A stretch of 64,000 bases of DNA, taken from NCBI RefSeq assembly GCF_024502345.1, contig NZ_JALDNN010000001.1; one strand, written 5' to 3'. The translations under genes were made by a program, and so were the position numbers. Positions 27,327 through 43,971 of this stretch are shown here, piece after piece (positions within the stretch are counted from its first letter, which is position 1; every line of letters starts with the position of its first letter). Source of the DNA: Escherichia coli. GTDB lineage: Bacteria > Pseudomonadota > Gammaproteobacteria > Enterobacterales > Enterobacteriaceae. The notes below the pieces were generated by a model. It ran no database searches and had not been told where the DNA came from. It saw nothing but the letters and a program-made list of their open reading frames with translations.

Positions 27327-27346
27327 CACAACAGGAGAATAACCCA

Positions 27347-27568
27347 ATGAAAATTATCAGTAAACGTCAGGCTATGGCGATATACCGCCAGCATCCGCAG
27401 TCCCGGTTGTTTCCCTTCTGCACGGGTAAATACAAATGGTCTGGCAGCATCTGCCACTACGCCGGGCAGGAGGTTCAGGATATCAGCGGTGTGCTCGCGG
27501 TCTTCGCTGAACGCCGTCAGAACCGCAACGGCCACTATGTCGTATTACGCAGCGTCACGCTGAATTAA
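27347..27568 (+). CDS. DUF987 family protein (YeeT/YkfH-like)
   Basis: 73 aa, MKIISKRQAMAIYRQHPQSRLFPFCTGKYKW... In the conserved position upstream of the antitoxin. Confidence 0.8.
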   Translation: MKIISKRQAMAIYRQHPQSRLFPFCTGKYKWSGSICHYAGQEVQDISGVLAVFAERRQNRNGHYVVLRSVTLN

Positions 27569-27591
27569 CACACGTTTAAGGAAGGTTAAAA

Positions 27592-27951
27592 TTGTCGAAT
27601 AAAACACCGATAGTAAACCACGATGTCACTGAACCCTGGTGGGGGCTTAAACGCAGTATCACGCCCTGTTTTGGCGTACGGCTGGTGCAGGCGGGCAACT
27701 GTCTGCATTATCTCGCTGACCGGGCCAGCATCACCGGACAGTTCAGCGACGCGGATTTACGGCATCTCGACCAGGCATTTCCACTGCTGCTCAAACAGCT
27801 TGGACTGATGCTCACCAGCGGTGAACTCACTCCCCGCCATCAGCACTGTGTCACGCTCTATGCAAAAGGGCTGACCTGCGAGGCCGACTCCCTCGGCTCG
27901 CATGGTTACGTATACCTGGCGATTTATCCGACACCAGCGGCAACCGCGTAA
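27592..27951 (+). CDS. cbeA: CbeA/YeeU-family type IV antitoxin
   Basis: 119 aa (TTG start). PWWGL....[19 protein letters not shown]...[40 protein letters not shown]. Confidence 0.9.
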   Translation: MSNKTPIVNHDVTEPWWGLKRSITPCFGVRLVQAGNCLHYLADRASITGQFSDADLRHLDQAFPLLLKQLGLMLTSGELTPRHQHCVTLYAKGLTCEADSLGSHGYVYLAIYPTPAATA

Positions 27952-28001
27952 AGCTTCTTACTACTTACCCTCGTTTTACCCATCAACAAAGAGATCCCAC
28001 T

Positions 28002-28379
28002 ATGCAAACCCAACCACTATCCTCAACGCAGGAGGCTACATCACGCCCGTCACCGGTGGAGATCTGGCAACAGCTTCTGAGCCACCTGTTGGATCGTCAC
28101 TACGGTCTGACGCTTAACGACACGCCGTTTGGCAACGACGGTGTGATTCAGGAGCATATCGACGCCGGTATATCACTGTGCGACGCCGTGAATTTTATTG
28201 TGGAGAAGTACGATCTGGTGCGCATCGATCGTCACGGTTTCAGTACAGAAACACAGTTGCCGCGTCTCACCAGTATCGATATTCTCCGCGCCCGCAAAGC
28301 CACCGGGTTGATGACTCGCAACGATTACAGAACGGTGACCGACATCACCACCGGTAAATACCGTGGGGGGCATCGATGA
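28002..28379 (+). CDS. cbtA: CbtA/YeeV-family toxin (cytoskeleton-targeting)
   Basis: 125 aa. ...[26 protein letters not shown].....[28 protein letters not shown]. Immediately downstream of the antitoxin. Confidence 0.9.
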   Translation: MQTQPLSSTQEATSRPSPVEIWQQLLSHLLDRHYGLTLNDTPFGNDGVIQEHIDAGISLCDAVNFIVEKYDLVRIDRHGFSTETQLPRLTSIDILRARKATGLMTRNDYRTVTDITTGKYRGGHR

Positions 28380-28867
28380 AGTTATCCCTGACGGTAGAAG
28401 CCGACGCCATCAACGTTCTGGCCCTGAATGCGGGCCGAATCGCTGTGGATATTGACGGCATTGAACTGGCTGCGCTGATCGATGTGGTCTGTGATAACGG
28501 TTATTCCCTTCGCGTTGCTGACTCCCCCGGAAAGCTGGTCGTTGAAGATCCGCTTCCACCCGTCGCCCGCGTTAATGGCATCCAGTGCAGTACCGCGCAT
28601 ATTACGGAGGAAGACAACGCTCTGCTGTTTACTCTTTCACACCAGAATGAAGACTTTGGTGAGTCGGAATGGATTAGTTACACCGGGTCGGGTTATCTGC
28701 TCCACCTGGGTGCCTGGTCATTTCCGGTCTTACGCCTCAAACGTCTCGGTCTGTCGAAAGCCTGCCGTCGGTTAGTAGTGACGCTTATCCGTCGCTACGC
28801 CGTTGGCATTGTTCATCTGGATGCCTTTGGCGCAGTGCTGCCGGGCTTTGACATTTTCGACTGGTAA
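28376..28867 (+). CDS. YeeW-like / DUF5983-type island protein
   Basis: 163 aa, [28 protein letters not shown]...[18 protein letters not shown]. 4-nt overlap with the cbtA stop, at the same position as yeeW in CP4-44. Confidence 0.6.
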   Translation: MKLSLTVEADAINVLALNAGRIAVDIDGIELAALIDVVCDNGYSLRVADSPGKLVVEDPLPPVARVNGIQCSTAHITEEDNALLFTLSHQNEDFGESEWISYTGSGYLLHLGAWSFPVLRLKRLGLSKACRRLVVTLIRRYAVGIVHLDAFGAVLPGFDIFDW

Positions 28868-28898
28868 ATCTTCTCACCAATAAGCACAGGATATTCTC

Positions 28899-29102
28899 AT
28901 GGAGAAATTAACCACCGAAGTGGCTCTCAACGTTCTGATTGACTGGCTGCAGGACAACATCGATTGTGGGAACATGATTATTTTCGACAACGACGAAGAC
29001 AACACCGATTCAGCAGTGCTGTTGCCCTGGATTGAACGTGCGCGTCAGGACGTTCGCGATCTCCGTCATCTTCAACTTCTGCGACAGACCAGTACAAATT
29101 AA
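28899..29102 (+). CDS. Hypothetical small acidic island protein
   Basis: 67-aa ORF with a plausible RBS (AGGATATTCTCATG). No family recognised. Confidence 0.4.
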   Translation: MEKLTTEVALNVLIDWLQDNIDCGNMIIFDNDEDNTDSAVLLPWIERARQDVRDLRHLQLLRQTSTN

Positions 29103-29182
29103 CCACCGAACAGTACTCATCACTTACTCATAATCGCCAGCCCTCACCGGCTGGCGCTTTGCTTTATATAAGGAACGAAATA

Positions 29183-30034
29183 ATGTCAGAGCTTACTCTC
29201 ACCAAACCCGAAGTATTAACCGGCCACACCGACGTGATTTGCTCCACCAGCATTGAGCGTATTGTCACCGGACGTAATGCCGCACTGGCGCAGATTGAAG
29301 CGCTGATACAACAACTTGACACTATTTCAACGCTGACCCGCAGTATCGGGGGAAAAACCGCGTTGGACTGGGCTATGAAGCAGGATTTCCGTTGTGGCTG
29401 CTGGCTGATGGAGAAACCAGAAGCAGCGCTGAAGGCCATTACCCGTAATCTCGATCGCAGCATATGGCGAGACCTGATGAAGAAGTCGGGCATGCTTTCG
29501 CTCATGGATGCTCAGGCTCGTGAGCAGTGGTACAACAGCCTGGAAAAGGACGATATTCCCGCTGTCAGTGAAGCCAATATCCTCAGTACGTTTGAGCAGT
29601 TGCACCAGAGCAAAGGCGAGGTGTTTGAGCGTGGGGCGATCAACGTGTTTAAAGGGCTGAGCTGGGATTTTAAGAGCAATAGCCCATGTAAGTTCGGGAA
29701 AAAGATCATCGTTACGGGACTGGTCAAATGTGATCGGTGGGGATTTGGGCTTAACTGGGGCTGGCAACGTGATCGGCTTGCAGACCTTGAACGCATGCTG
29801 ATGCTTCTTGATGGCAAACCGGTTCCCGACAACCGCGCTGACGTTACCCGTCGTCTCAGCGATCATATCCATGCTAATCGGCACAGCAATCGTTACGAGG
29901 ACGAGATGTTTGCGATCAAGTACTTTCAGAAGGGGACAGCGCATATCATCTTCAAACGACCAGAGCTGGTTGATAAGCTGAACGACATCATCGCCCGACA
30001 CTATCCGGGAGCACTGCCAGCGAGAAGAGAGTGA
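29183..30034 (+). CDS. DUF4942-like protein (terminal gene of CP4-type islands)
   Basis: Start chosen at MSELTLTKPEVL after AAGGAACGAAATA (283 aa). Recognised only by general resemblance and position next to the tRNA. Confidence 0.65.
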   Translation: MSELTLTKPEVLTGHTDVICSTSIERIVTGRNAALAQIEALIQQLDTISTLTRSIGGKTALDWAMKQDFRCGCWLMEKPEAALKAITRNLDRSIWRDLMKKSGMLSLMDAQAREQWYNSLEKDDIPAVSEANILSTFEQLHQSKGEVFERGAINVFKGLSWDFKSNSPCKFGKKIIVTGLVKCDRWGFGLNWGWQRDRLADLERMLMLLDGKPVPDNRADVTRRLSDHIHANRHSNRYEDEMFAIKYFQKGTAHIIFKRPELVDKLNDIIARHYPGALPARRE

Positions 30035-30112
30035 GTTGTCCGATGCTATCTCAGGTAAGCCAGCGCAAGCCGGACGGTAATGGCATACTGGATGGCATAC
30101 CGAAAAAAACAG

Positions 30113-30148
30113 ATATAAAAAAGGCCATGCTAATCAATAGCATGGCCT
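30113..30148 (-). terminator. Rho-independent terminator 7 nt downstream of aspV
   Basis: Perfect 11-bp stem AGGCCATGCTA/TAGCATGGCCT with a 5-nt loop, followed on the minus strand by TTTTTATAT. Confidence 0.65.
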
Positions 30149-30155
30149 AGAATAG

Positions 30156-30232
30156 TGGCGGAACGGACGGGACTCGAACCCGCGACCCCCTGCGTGACAG
30201 GCAGGTATTCTAACCGACTGAACTACCGCTCC
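30156..30232 (-). tRNA. aspV: tRNA-Asp (GUC)
   Basis: 77-nt exact match to the recalled E. coli tRNA-Asp sequence including CCA. Downstream of dnaQ, as in K-12. Confidence 0.97.
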
Positions 30233-30364
30233 GCGTTGTGTTCCGTTGGGAACGAGGCGAATATTACGGATTGCCTCACCCGTCGTCAATGGTTTTTCTC
30301 ATCTTTTGAATCGTTTGCTGCAAAAATCGCCCAAGTCGCTATTTTTAGCGCCTTTCACAGGTAT

Positions 30365-31096
30365 TTATGCTCGCCAGAGGCAGCTTCCGCCTTTCTTCTG
30401 CACCAGATCAAGACGGGCTTCATGTGCTGCAAGCTCTTCATCTGTCGCAAAAACAACGCGTAACTTACTTGCCTGACGTACAATGCGCTGAATTGTTGCT
30501 TCACCTTGTTGCTGTTGTGTCTCTCCTTCCATCGCAAAAGCCATCGACGTTTGACCACCGGTCATCGCCAGATAAACTTCCGCAAGGATCTGGGCATCGA
30601 GTAATGCCCCGTGTAGCGTTCGTTTACTGTTATCTATTTCGTAGCGGGCACATAACGCATCGAGGCTGTTGCGCTTACCAGGAAACATTTTCCTCGCCAC
30701 CGCAAGGCTATCGGTGACCTTACAGAAGGTATTGGTCTTCGGAATATCGCGCTTAAGCAACGAGAACTCGTAGTCCATAAAGCCGATATCGAACGCTGCG
30801 TTATGGATCACCAACTCCGCGCCGCGGATATAGTCCATGAACTCATCGGCTACTTCGGCAAACGTGGGCTTATCGAGCAAAAATTCATCGGCAATACCAT
30901 GTACGCCAAAGGCTTCCGGATCCACCAGCCGATCGGGTTTGAGATAAACATGGAAGTTATTGCCCGTCAGGCGACGGTTCACCACTTCAACGGCACCAAT
31001 CTCAATGATCTTGTGGCCTTCATAGTGCGCACCAATCTGGTTCATACCGGTGGTTTCGGTATCGAGAACGATCTGGCGTGTAATTGCAGTGCTCAT
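30365..31096 (-). CDS. dnaQ: DNA polymerase III epsilon subunit (3'-5' exonuclease)
   Basis: [17 protein letters not shown]... 243 aa, colinear with K-12 DnaQ. Confidence 0.97.
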
Positions 31097-31160
31097 AGCG
31101 GTCATTTATGTCAGACTTGTCGTTTTACAGTTCGATTCAATTACAGGAAGTCTACCAGAG

Positions 31161-31628
31161 ATGCTTAAACAGGTAGAAATTTTCACCGATGGTTCGTGTC
31201 TGGGCAATCCCGGACCTGGGGGTTATGGCGCTATTTTACGCTATCGCGGACGCGAGAAAACTTTTAGCGCTGGCTACACCCGCACCACCAACAACCGCAT
31301 GGAGTTGATGGCCGCTATTGTCGCGCTGGAGGCGTTAAAAGAACATTGCGAAGTCATTTTGAGTACCGACAGCCAGTATGTCCGCCAGGGTATCACCCAG
31401 TGGATCCATAACTGGAAAAAACGTGGCTGGAAAACCGCAGACAAAAAACCAGTAAAAAATGTCGATCTCTGGCAACGTCTTGATGCTGCGCTGGGGCAGC
31501 ATCAAATCAAATGGGAATGGGTAAAAGGCCATGCCGGTCATCCAGAAAACGAACGTTGCGATGAACTGGCTCGTGCCGCGGCAATGAATCCCACACTGGA
31601 AGATACGGGCTACCAAGTCGAAGTTTAA
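31161..31628 (+). CDS. rnhA: Ribonuclease HI
   Basis: [23 protein letters not shown]... 155 aa. Divergent from dnaQ. Confidence 0.97.
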
Positions 31629-32347
31629 GCCTGTGGTTTACGAAATTGCCGGGTGGCGCCGACCGCCTGGCGAATTCGCGGTTTGTTTTTGCTCTGTTTC
31701 ATCGGGTTGAGCGTTAAAGGAATAGTCCGTTTCCGGGCAACGATAAGTTGTAAGCAACCAAGCGCAGGAATATGCGCGCTCAATAGTTTTCCACCATGTT
31801 TATTCCACGGGAGAACGTGGAAACGGCTGGCGTGTAGCACTTCAAAATTCAACAAAGAGAGCCAGTCCAGTTGCCGCATCAGAGTAAACATCCGGCTGTT
31901 ATAGGGCGAGGTTTTTCGCAATACCGGCACAAGTTTGCGTAATCCCATTAAACTAATGGGATTGAAGCCACTAATCACCAGCCAGCCATCATCAATCAAT
32001 ACCCGATCGGCTTCACGCAATAAACGATGCGGATCGGTGCACCACGGCAATGTATGTGCCAGTAGACAAACATCAACGGATTTATCGGCAAAAGGAAGAT
32101 GAAGTGGATCCGCCTGCACCTGGACGGGCATTCCTTGCGCAGAAACATTCACTTGATGAGAAACCGCGCACGCTTCGCAATTGATTTCTGCGCTTAAATT
32201 GCCAATCTTAAGCAGATGAAAACCATACATTTTAGTGAACCACGGGTTGAGCTGGCGCTCCAGCGCCTTGCGATAAAGCTCTCCCCAGGGCAAATCGCCC
32301 CAGCAATCAGGAGCCACGACAGTTTGAGGGACTCTTGCCGGTTTCAT
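31625..32347 (-). CDS. yafS: SAM-dependent methyltransferase YafS
   Basis: [22 protein letters not shown]... 240 aa. K-12 synteny. Confidence 0.9.
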
Positions 32348-32377
32348 CACAACCTTCCGTTTCACACTGAGAGGTAA

Positions 32378-33136
<759 letters not shown>

Positions 33137-33207
33137 TAAAACTTTCTTGTCATCGGCTCCGTTCGCCGTTATGATCGGTCGTCTTTTAAGCAACTATTGA
33201 CACACAC

Positions 33208-34566
33208 ATGAAGGCAAAAGCGATATTACTCGCCTCTGTCCTGCTCGTGGGTTGCCAGAGTACCGGCAACGTTCAACAGCACGCACAGAGCCTTTCTGCA
33301 GCTGGTCAAGGGGAAGCAGCAAAGTTTACAAGTCAGGCACGATGGATGGACGATGGGACGTCTATCGCGCCAGATGGTGACTTGTGGGCTTTCATTGGCG
33401 ACGAGCTAAAGATGGGAATTCCGGAAAATGACCGGATTCGCGAACAGAAACAGAAATATTTACGCAATAAGAGCTATCTCCACGATGTAACTTTACGGGC
33501 AGAGCCGTATATGTACTGGATAGCCGGGCAAGTTAAAAAACGTAACATGCCTATGGAACTGGTACTACTACCCATAGTGGAGAGCGCTTTTGATCCTCAC
33601 GCAACGTCTGGCGCCAATGCCGCAGGCATCTGGCAGATCATTCCGAGCACGGGGCGCAATTATGGTTTGAAACAGACCCGCAATTATGACGCGCGTCGCG
33701 ATGTTGTTGCTTCAACAACTGCCGCGCTGAACATGATGCAGCGTCTGAACAAAATGTTTGACGGCGACTGGCTTCTGACCGTAGCGGCTTATAACAGCGG
33801 CGAAGGTCGGGTCATGAAGGCAATTAAAACGAACAAAGCGCGTGGGAAATCCACGGACTTCTGGTCGTTACCGTTGCCGCAGGAAACGAAGCAGTACGTG
33901 CCTAAAATGCTGGCATTGAGTGATATTCTCAAAAACAGCAAGCGTTATGGCGTACGTCTGCCAACGACCGATGAAAGCCGTGCTCTGGCGCGTGTGCACC
34001 TGAGCAGCCCGGTTGAAATGGCGAAGGTTGCAGATATGGCGGGGATTTCCGTCAGCAAGCTGAAGACATTCAACGCTGGCGTGAAAGGCTCCACGCTGGG
34101 CGCAAGTGGTCCGCAATACGTGATGGTGCCAAAGAAGCATGCAGATCAACTGCGTGAATCTCTGGCTTCAGGCGAAATTGCTGCTGTACAGTCGACGCTG
34201 GTTGCCGACAATACGCCGCTTAACAGCCGTGTTTACACCGTACGCTCTGGCGACACGCTTTCAAGTATCGCTTCACGTCTCGGCGTAAGCACCAAAGATT
34301 TGCAGCAGTGGAACAAACTGCGCGGATCTAAGCTGAAGCCAGGCCAAAGTTTGACGATTGGTGCAGGCAGTAGCGCACAGCGACTGGCAAACAACAGCGA
34401 TAGCATTACGTATCGTGTGCGCAAAGGCGATTCGCTTTCAAGCATTGCTAAACGCCACGGCGTGAACATCAAAGATGTGATGCGCTGGAACAGCGACACT
34501 GCGAATCTGCAACCAGGCGATAAGCTGACGTTGTTTGTGAAAAACAACAACATGCCAGATTCCTGA
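33208..34566 (+). CDS. mltD: Membrane-bound lytic murein transglycosylase D
   Basis: 452 aa. Lipoprotein signal LLVGC, SLT domain (ESAFDP), two C-terminal LysM repeats. Confidence 0.95.
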   Translation: MKAKAILLASVLLVGCQSTGNVQQHAQSLSAAGQGEAAKFTSQARWMDDGTSIAPDGDLWAFIGDELKMGIPENDRIREQKQKYLRNKSYLHDVTLRAEPYMYWIAGQVKKRNMPMELVLLPIVESAFDPHATSGANAAGIWQIIPSTGRNYGLKQTRNYDARRDVVASTTAALNMMQRLNKMFDGDWLLTVAAYNSGEGRVMKAIKTNKARGKSTDFWSLPLPQETKQYVPKMLALSDILKNSKRYGVRLPTTDESRALARVHLSSPVEMAKVADMAGISVSKLKTFNAGVKGSTLGASGPQYVMVPKKHADQLRESLASGEIAAVQSTLVADNTPLNSRVYTVRSGDTLSSIASRLGVSTKDLQQWNKLRGSKLKPGQSLTIGAGSSAQRLANNSDSITYRVRKGDSLSSIAKRHGVNIKDVMRWNSDTANLQPGDKLTLFVKNNNMPDS

Positions 34567-34580
34567 CAAACCAGATAATA

Positions 34581-34611
34581 AAAAGGCACCGATTCCCCCG
34601 GTGCCTTTTTT
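34581..34611. terminator. Bidirectional rho-independent terminator between mltD and yafE
   Basis: Stem GGCACCG/CGGTGCC flanked by AAAAA and TTTTTT. Confidence 0.6.
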
Positions 34612-34613
34612 AT

Positions 34614-35384
34614 TTATGCCGCTTTATGTGCATCTACCATGATGATATCACTGGTGAAAGAGCCATCATTCTGCAAGGCAAAATACGTTCTCACCTCTGT
34701 CGATGCGCTCTGTTGGTAAATGCGAATAGCGTCTACTAACGCTTCTGGCGTACGCATTCTCGCGACCCATGAAGAAAATTCCAGCGGTAACTTATCTGTA
34801 ATTAAATTATCAACTATCAGATTGGCTTCATTGATTAACCTCAACCACTCACCGCTGGCGTAGTTTCGTACGTGAGAGGTATCGCGTAATGCTTCTACCG
34901 TCTGTAACCAGATGTCGCGCACTGGGTGGCCCGGAGACATTACGTCCATCACAATCAGCCTACCGCCAGGTTTCAATATCCGGTTCACTTCACGCAGTGC
35001 TGCACCAACATCATGCCAGTGATGGGCAGAATAACGGCTGATAACAATATCAAATGCGTTATCGGCAAATGGCAGACTTTCGGCATATCCCTGGCGGGTG
35101 GTGATATTTTTCAGTTGCCGGGCTTCGGCAGCTTGTGCCACGACATCCAGCATATGGGCAGATAAGTCATACGCCACCACCGTGCTCACGTTTTGCGCAG
35201 CGACAAAGCTGGCATGCCCTGCTCCGCAGCCCATATCAAGTACACTTGCATCAGGATAATCAGCCAGACGCACCGCCAGGCGCTGTAAATCTCGTCCGGA
35301 TGCATGTACGGTACTGGTCAGATATTCGCTGGCTTGAGAGCTAAACTGCTTTTCTACGTGGTCATGGTGGGATTGTGTTGTCAT
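34614..35384 (-). CDS. yafE: Class I SAM-dependent methyltransferase YafE
   Basis: 256 aa. SAM-binding motif VLDMGCGAGH. K-12 synteny. Confidence 0.85.
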   Translation of the reverse strand: MTTQSHHDHVEKQFSSQASEYLTSTVHASGRDLQRLAVRLADYPDASVLDMGCGAGHASFVAAQNVSTVVAYDLSAHMLDVVAQAAEARQLKNITTRQGYAESLPFADNAFDIVISRYSAHHWHDVGAALREVNRILKPGGRLIVMDVMSPGHPVRDIWLQTVEALRDTSHVRNYASGEWLRLINEANLIVDNLITDKLPLEFSSWVARMRTPEALVDAIRIYQQSASTEVRTYFALQNDGSFTSDIIMVDAHKAA

Positions 35385-35461
35385 TACGCTGTCCTTTTGT
35401 TGTTTGAGTATAAAAGGGCAGCGCCATACGTTGGTCTGCCCTGTGGCAGACCTGACATACC

Positions 35462-36313
<852 letters not shown>

Positions 36314-36502
36314 CTACTGTTATAGGGATTTTAGCTCACTCTTTCAACGAGCAATTGTATATTGTTATGTAAGCAAGTGCTTACACCGGTCAGAATTTTG
36401 CTCATTATTGAGAACATTAAATCGGATGACATATCACGCATCCTGATGGTTTAATGACAAATAAATTCAAAATATCTCTTCTATTTTGCAACAGGAGCAA
36501 AA

Positions 36503-37417
36503 ATGAAAGCCACGTCGGAAGAACTCGCCATTTTTGTTTCGGTCGTAGAAAGCGGCAGCTTTAGCCGGGCAGCGGAACAATTAGGGCAAGCAAACTCTGC
36601 GGTAAGCCGGGCGGTGAAAAAGCTGGAGATGAAACTTGGCGTTAGCCTGCTTAATCGGACCACGCGACAACTTAGCCTGACGGAAGAAGGCGAGCGTTAT
36701 TTTCGTCGCGTACAGTCAATTTTGCAGGAGATGGCAGCGGCAGAATCAGAAATTATGGAGACGCGTAATACACCGCGTGGACTGTTACGGATCGATGCCG
36801 CAACTCCAGTGGTGCTGCACTTTCTGATGCCGTTGATTAAGCCTTTCCATGAACGCTATCCGGAAGTCACTTTATCGCTAGTCTCCTCCGAAACGATTAT
36901 TAATTTGATCGAAAGAAAAGTGGATGTCGCGATACGCGCTGGTACGTTAACGGATTCCAGCTTACGTGCCAGGCCGTTATTTAACAGTTATCGAAAAATT
37001 ATCGCCTCCCCCGATTATATTTCCCGCTACGGGAAGCCAGAAACGATCGACGATTTAAAGCAACATGTTTGCCTGGGATTCACTGAACCCGCTTCCCTCA
37101 ATACCTGGCCGATAGCCTGTAGTGATGGACAATTACATGAGGTGAAGTACGGTTTGTCATCCAATAGTGGGGAAACACTGAAACAGCTTTGCCTGAGTGG
37201 CAACGGGATTGCGTGTTTGTCCGACTACATGATCGACAGAGAAATCGCTCGCGGAGAATTGGTGGAGTTAATGGCAGATAAAGTGTTGCCAGTGGAAATG
37301 CCATTCAGTGCCGTCTATTACAGCGACCGTGCGGTAAGTACGCGCATCCGGGCTTTTATCGATTTCCTTAGCGAGCATGTAAAAACAGCTCCCGGAGGAG
37401 CTGTCAGAGAGGCTTAA
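36503..37417 (+). CDS. yafC: LysR-family transcriptional regulator YafC
   Basis: 304 aa. N-terminal LysR HTH ([32 protein letters not shown]). Confidence 0.9.
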   Translation: MKATSEELAIFVSVVESGSFSRAAEQLGQANSAVSRAVKKLEMKLGVSLLNRTTRQLSLTEEGERYFRRVQSILQEMAAAESEIMETRNTPRGLLRIDAATPVVLHFLMPLIKPFHERYPEVTLSLVSSETIINLIERKVDVAIRAGTLTDSSLRARPLFNSYRKIIASPDYISRYGKPETIDDLKQHVCLGFTEPASLNTWPIACSDGQLHEVKYGLSSNSGETLKQLCLSGNGIACLSDYMIDREIARGELVELMADKVLPVEMPFSAVYYSDRAVSTRIRAFIDFLSEHVKTAPGGAVREA

Positions 37418-38217
37418 TCCCATTCAGGAGCCAGACCTTCCGGGCTAACCAGGCGGTCGTTGCAATCCAGTGCGGCGATCGCTTTTTTATCTTCGGCATC
37501 AAGCTGTAAATTTTGTGCCTTAAGATTACTTTCCAGGTTTTTACGTTTAGTAGAAGAAGGAATTACTGAGTAACCTTCCCCCATAGCCCACGCCAGAATC
37601 ACTTGTGCCGGAGTCGCATTGTGTTTAGCTGCGATACGAGCAATAACCTCATCTTTCAGGGCCTTACCATACGCCAGCGTCATATAGGAAGTAATATGGA
37701 TGCCGTGCTGTTTAGCCCAGGCAACCACTTTACGGTTTTGCAGATAAGGAGAGAGTTCAATCTGGTTAGTAGCGATGTTTTCAGCGCCAACAGCAGCAAT
37801 CGCCTTTTCCATCAATGGGATCGTGAAGTTGGAAATACCGATCTCACGCGTCAGCCCTTGTTTTTTGGCTTCCAGCAGCGCCTGCATAAACTCTTCAACA
37901 GCGACTTCATCGTTTGGTGACGGCCAGTGGATTAGCGTCAGATCAACATAATCGGTACGCAATTTTTGCAGGCTCTCTTTCAGACTTGGGATCAATTTGT
38001 CTTTGCTGAGATTTTCAATCCAGATTTTAGTGGTGATGTAGAGTTCATGACGTGGCACGCCACTTTCTGCAATCGCCTGACCTACTGCGGCTTCGTTATC
38101 ATAGATTTGTGCGGTATCAATTGCGCGATAACCAAGTTCAAGCGCCGTTTTCACAGATGAAATAACAACGTCGTCTTTCAGACGGAAAGTACCTAAACCA
38201 AATGCAGGGATAGCCAT
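37414..38217 (-). CDS. dkgB: 2,5-diketo-D-gluconate reductase B (aldo-keto reductase)
   Basis: 267 aa. AKR motifs (GLGTFRL, IDTAQIY). Adjacent to rrnH as in K-12. Confidence 0.93.
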   Translation of the reverse strand: MAIPAFGLGTFRLKDDVVISSVKTALELGYRAIDTAQIYDNEAAVGQAIAESGVPRHELYITTKIWIENLSKDKLIPSLKESLQKLRTDYVDLTLIHWPSPNDEVAVEEFMQALLEAKKQGLTREIGISNFTIPLMEKAIAAVGAENIATNQIELSPYLQNRKVVAWAKQHGIHITSYMTLAYGKALKDEVIARIAAKHNATPAQVILAWAMGEGYSVIPSSTKRKNLESNLKAQNLQLDAEDKKAIAALDCNDRLVSPEGLAPEWD

Positions 38218-38339
38218 AATATGCCTCTTTTAATGCTATTTACGTTAACTGAGGTGATTATGGGCTTCAGACTGTTGAGGAAAAAGAGCGTAAAATGCAG
38301 AGGATTTTTGCGATTCTGGCAATAATAGATATACAGACG

Positions 38340-38367
38340 AAAAAAAACCTCAAGCGTTAACTCGAGG
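38340..38367 (-). terminator. rrnH operon terminator
   Basis: Hairpin CCTCGAG/CTTGAGG (one mismatch) followed by a T8 run on the minus strand, 12 nt after aspU. Confidence 0.6.
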
Positions 38368-38379
38368 CTTCTTAATAAG

Positions 38380-38456
38380 TGGCGGAACGGACGGGACTCG
38401 AACCCGCGACCCCCTGCGTGACAGGCAGGTATTCTAACCGACTGAACTACCGCTCC
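38380..38456 (-). tRNA. aspU: tRNA-Asp (GUC), distal tRNA of rrnH
   Basis: 77 nt, identical to the aspV copy at 30156-30232. Confidence 0.97.
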
Positions 38457-38508
38457 ACCGAATTCTTTTACAACCACCGGTTTTATGACCGGCTTACTGC
38501 TTAATTTG

Positions 38509-38628
38509 ATGCCTGGCAGTTCCCTACTCTCGCATGGGGAGACCCCACACTACCATCGGCGCTACGGCGTTTCACTTCTGAGTTCGGCATGGGGTCAGGT
38601 GGGACCACCGCGCTACGGCCGCCAGGCA
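38509..38628 (-). rRNA. rrfH: 5S ribosomal RNA
   Basis: 120-nt match to the recalled E. coli 5S sequence (TGCCTGGCGGCC...CTGCCAGGCAT). Confidence 0.97.
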
Positions 38629-38720
38629 AATTCTGTTTTATCAGACCGCTTCTGCGTTCTGATTTAATCTGTATCAGGCTGAAAATCTTCTCTCATCCGC
38701 CAAAACACCTTCGGCGTTGT

Positions 38721-41623
<2,903 letters not shown>

Positions 41624-41806
41624 TCACAACCCGAAGATGTTTCTTGCGATCCATCATCGTGTTGCGAAAATTTGAGAGACTCACGAACAACTTTCGTTGT
41701 TCAGTGTTTCAATTTTCAGCTTGATCCAGATTTTTAAAGAGCAAAACTTCGCAGTGAACCTTTTCAGGTACACTCTGAAGTATTTTTTATTTAATCACTA
41801 CAGAGA

Positions 41807-41882
41807 TGGTGGAGCTATGCGGGATCGAACCGCAGACCTCCTGCGTGCAAAGCAGGCGCTCTCCCAGCTGAGCTATAGCCCC
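41807..41882 (-). tRNA. alaV: tRNA-Ala (UGC)
   Basis: 76-nt match to GGGGCTATAGCTCAGCTGGGAGAGCGCCTGCTTTGCACGCAGGAGGTC...CCA in the 16S-23S spacer. Confidence 0.97.
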
Positions 41883-41924
41883 ATAACATGTAGTTAAAAC
41901 CTCTTCAAATTTGCCGTGCAAATT

Positions 41925-42001
<77 letters not shown>

Positions 42002-42069
42002 GTAGAGGTTTTACTGCTCATTTTCATCAGACAATCTGTGTGAGCACTGCAAAGAACGCTTCTTTAAGG

Positions 42070-43611
<1,542 letters not shown>

Positions 43612-43793
43612 AAGTTTGATGCTCAAAGAATTAAACTTCGTAATGAATTACGTGTTCACTCTTGAGACTTGGTATTCATTTTTCGTCTTGCGACGTTAAG
43701 AATCCGTATCTTCGAGTGCCCACACAGATTGTCTGATAAATTGTTAAAGAGCAGTTGCGACGCGGCTTTCAGCTCACTGTCGCGAGGTGGCGT

Positions 43794-43821
43794 ATATTAC
43801 GCTTTCCTCTTTCAGAGTCAA
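43794..43821 (-). promoter_or_regulatory. rrnH P2 promoter
   Basis: Minus strand TTGACT (43816-43821), 16-nt spacer, TAATAT (43794-43799). Confidence 0.65.
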
Positions 43822-43903
43822 CCCTGAATTTCAGGATTTTTCTCTTCAACCGAACCGGCTGTTTGTGTGAAGTAATTCACATCCGCCGTGTCGATGGAGG
43901 CGC

Positions 43904-43950
43904 ATTATAGGGAGTCGGCTCAGGAAGACAAGCGGAAAAATGCATTTTTA
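43904..43950 (-). promoter_or_regulatory. rrnH P1 promoter with A/T-rich UP element
   Basis: Minus strand GAAATAAAAATGCATTTTTCCG-CTTGTCT (-35 at 43926-43931), 16 nt, TATAAT (43904-43909), then a GCGCC discriminator. Confidence 0.75.
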
Positions 43951-43971
43951 TTTCAACCGCTCATCTTTTAA

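Larger units (their letters stand above)
20629..30155. mobile_element. Degenerate aspV-associated genomic island (restriction-locus remnant plus CP4-like module)
   Basis: Non-core genes fill the space between the transposon end and the 3' end of tRNA-Asp aspV. Composition shifts near 20.63 kb, ~24.34 kb and 30.15 kb. There are several truncated or fused genes. Confidence 0.6.

Noticed and set aside
31050-31160. N-terminal extensions of the longest ORFs for rnhA (31050), proS (48550), dnaQ (31105), yafS (32365), yaeR (55529), yaeP (53235) and yaeF (50366)
   Set aside because: The K-12 protein N-termini (recalled) begin at internal Met codons. The extensions overlap divergent promoters or lack conservation logic.
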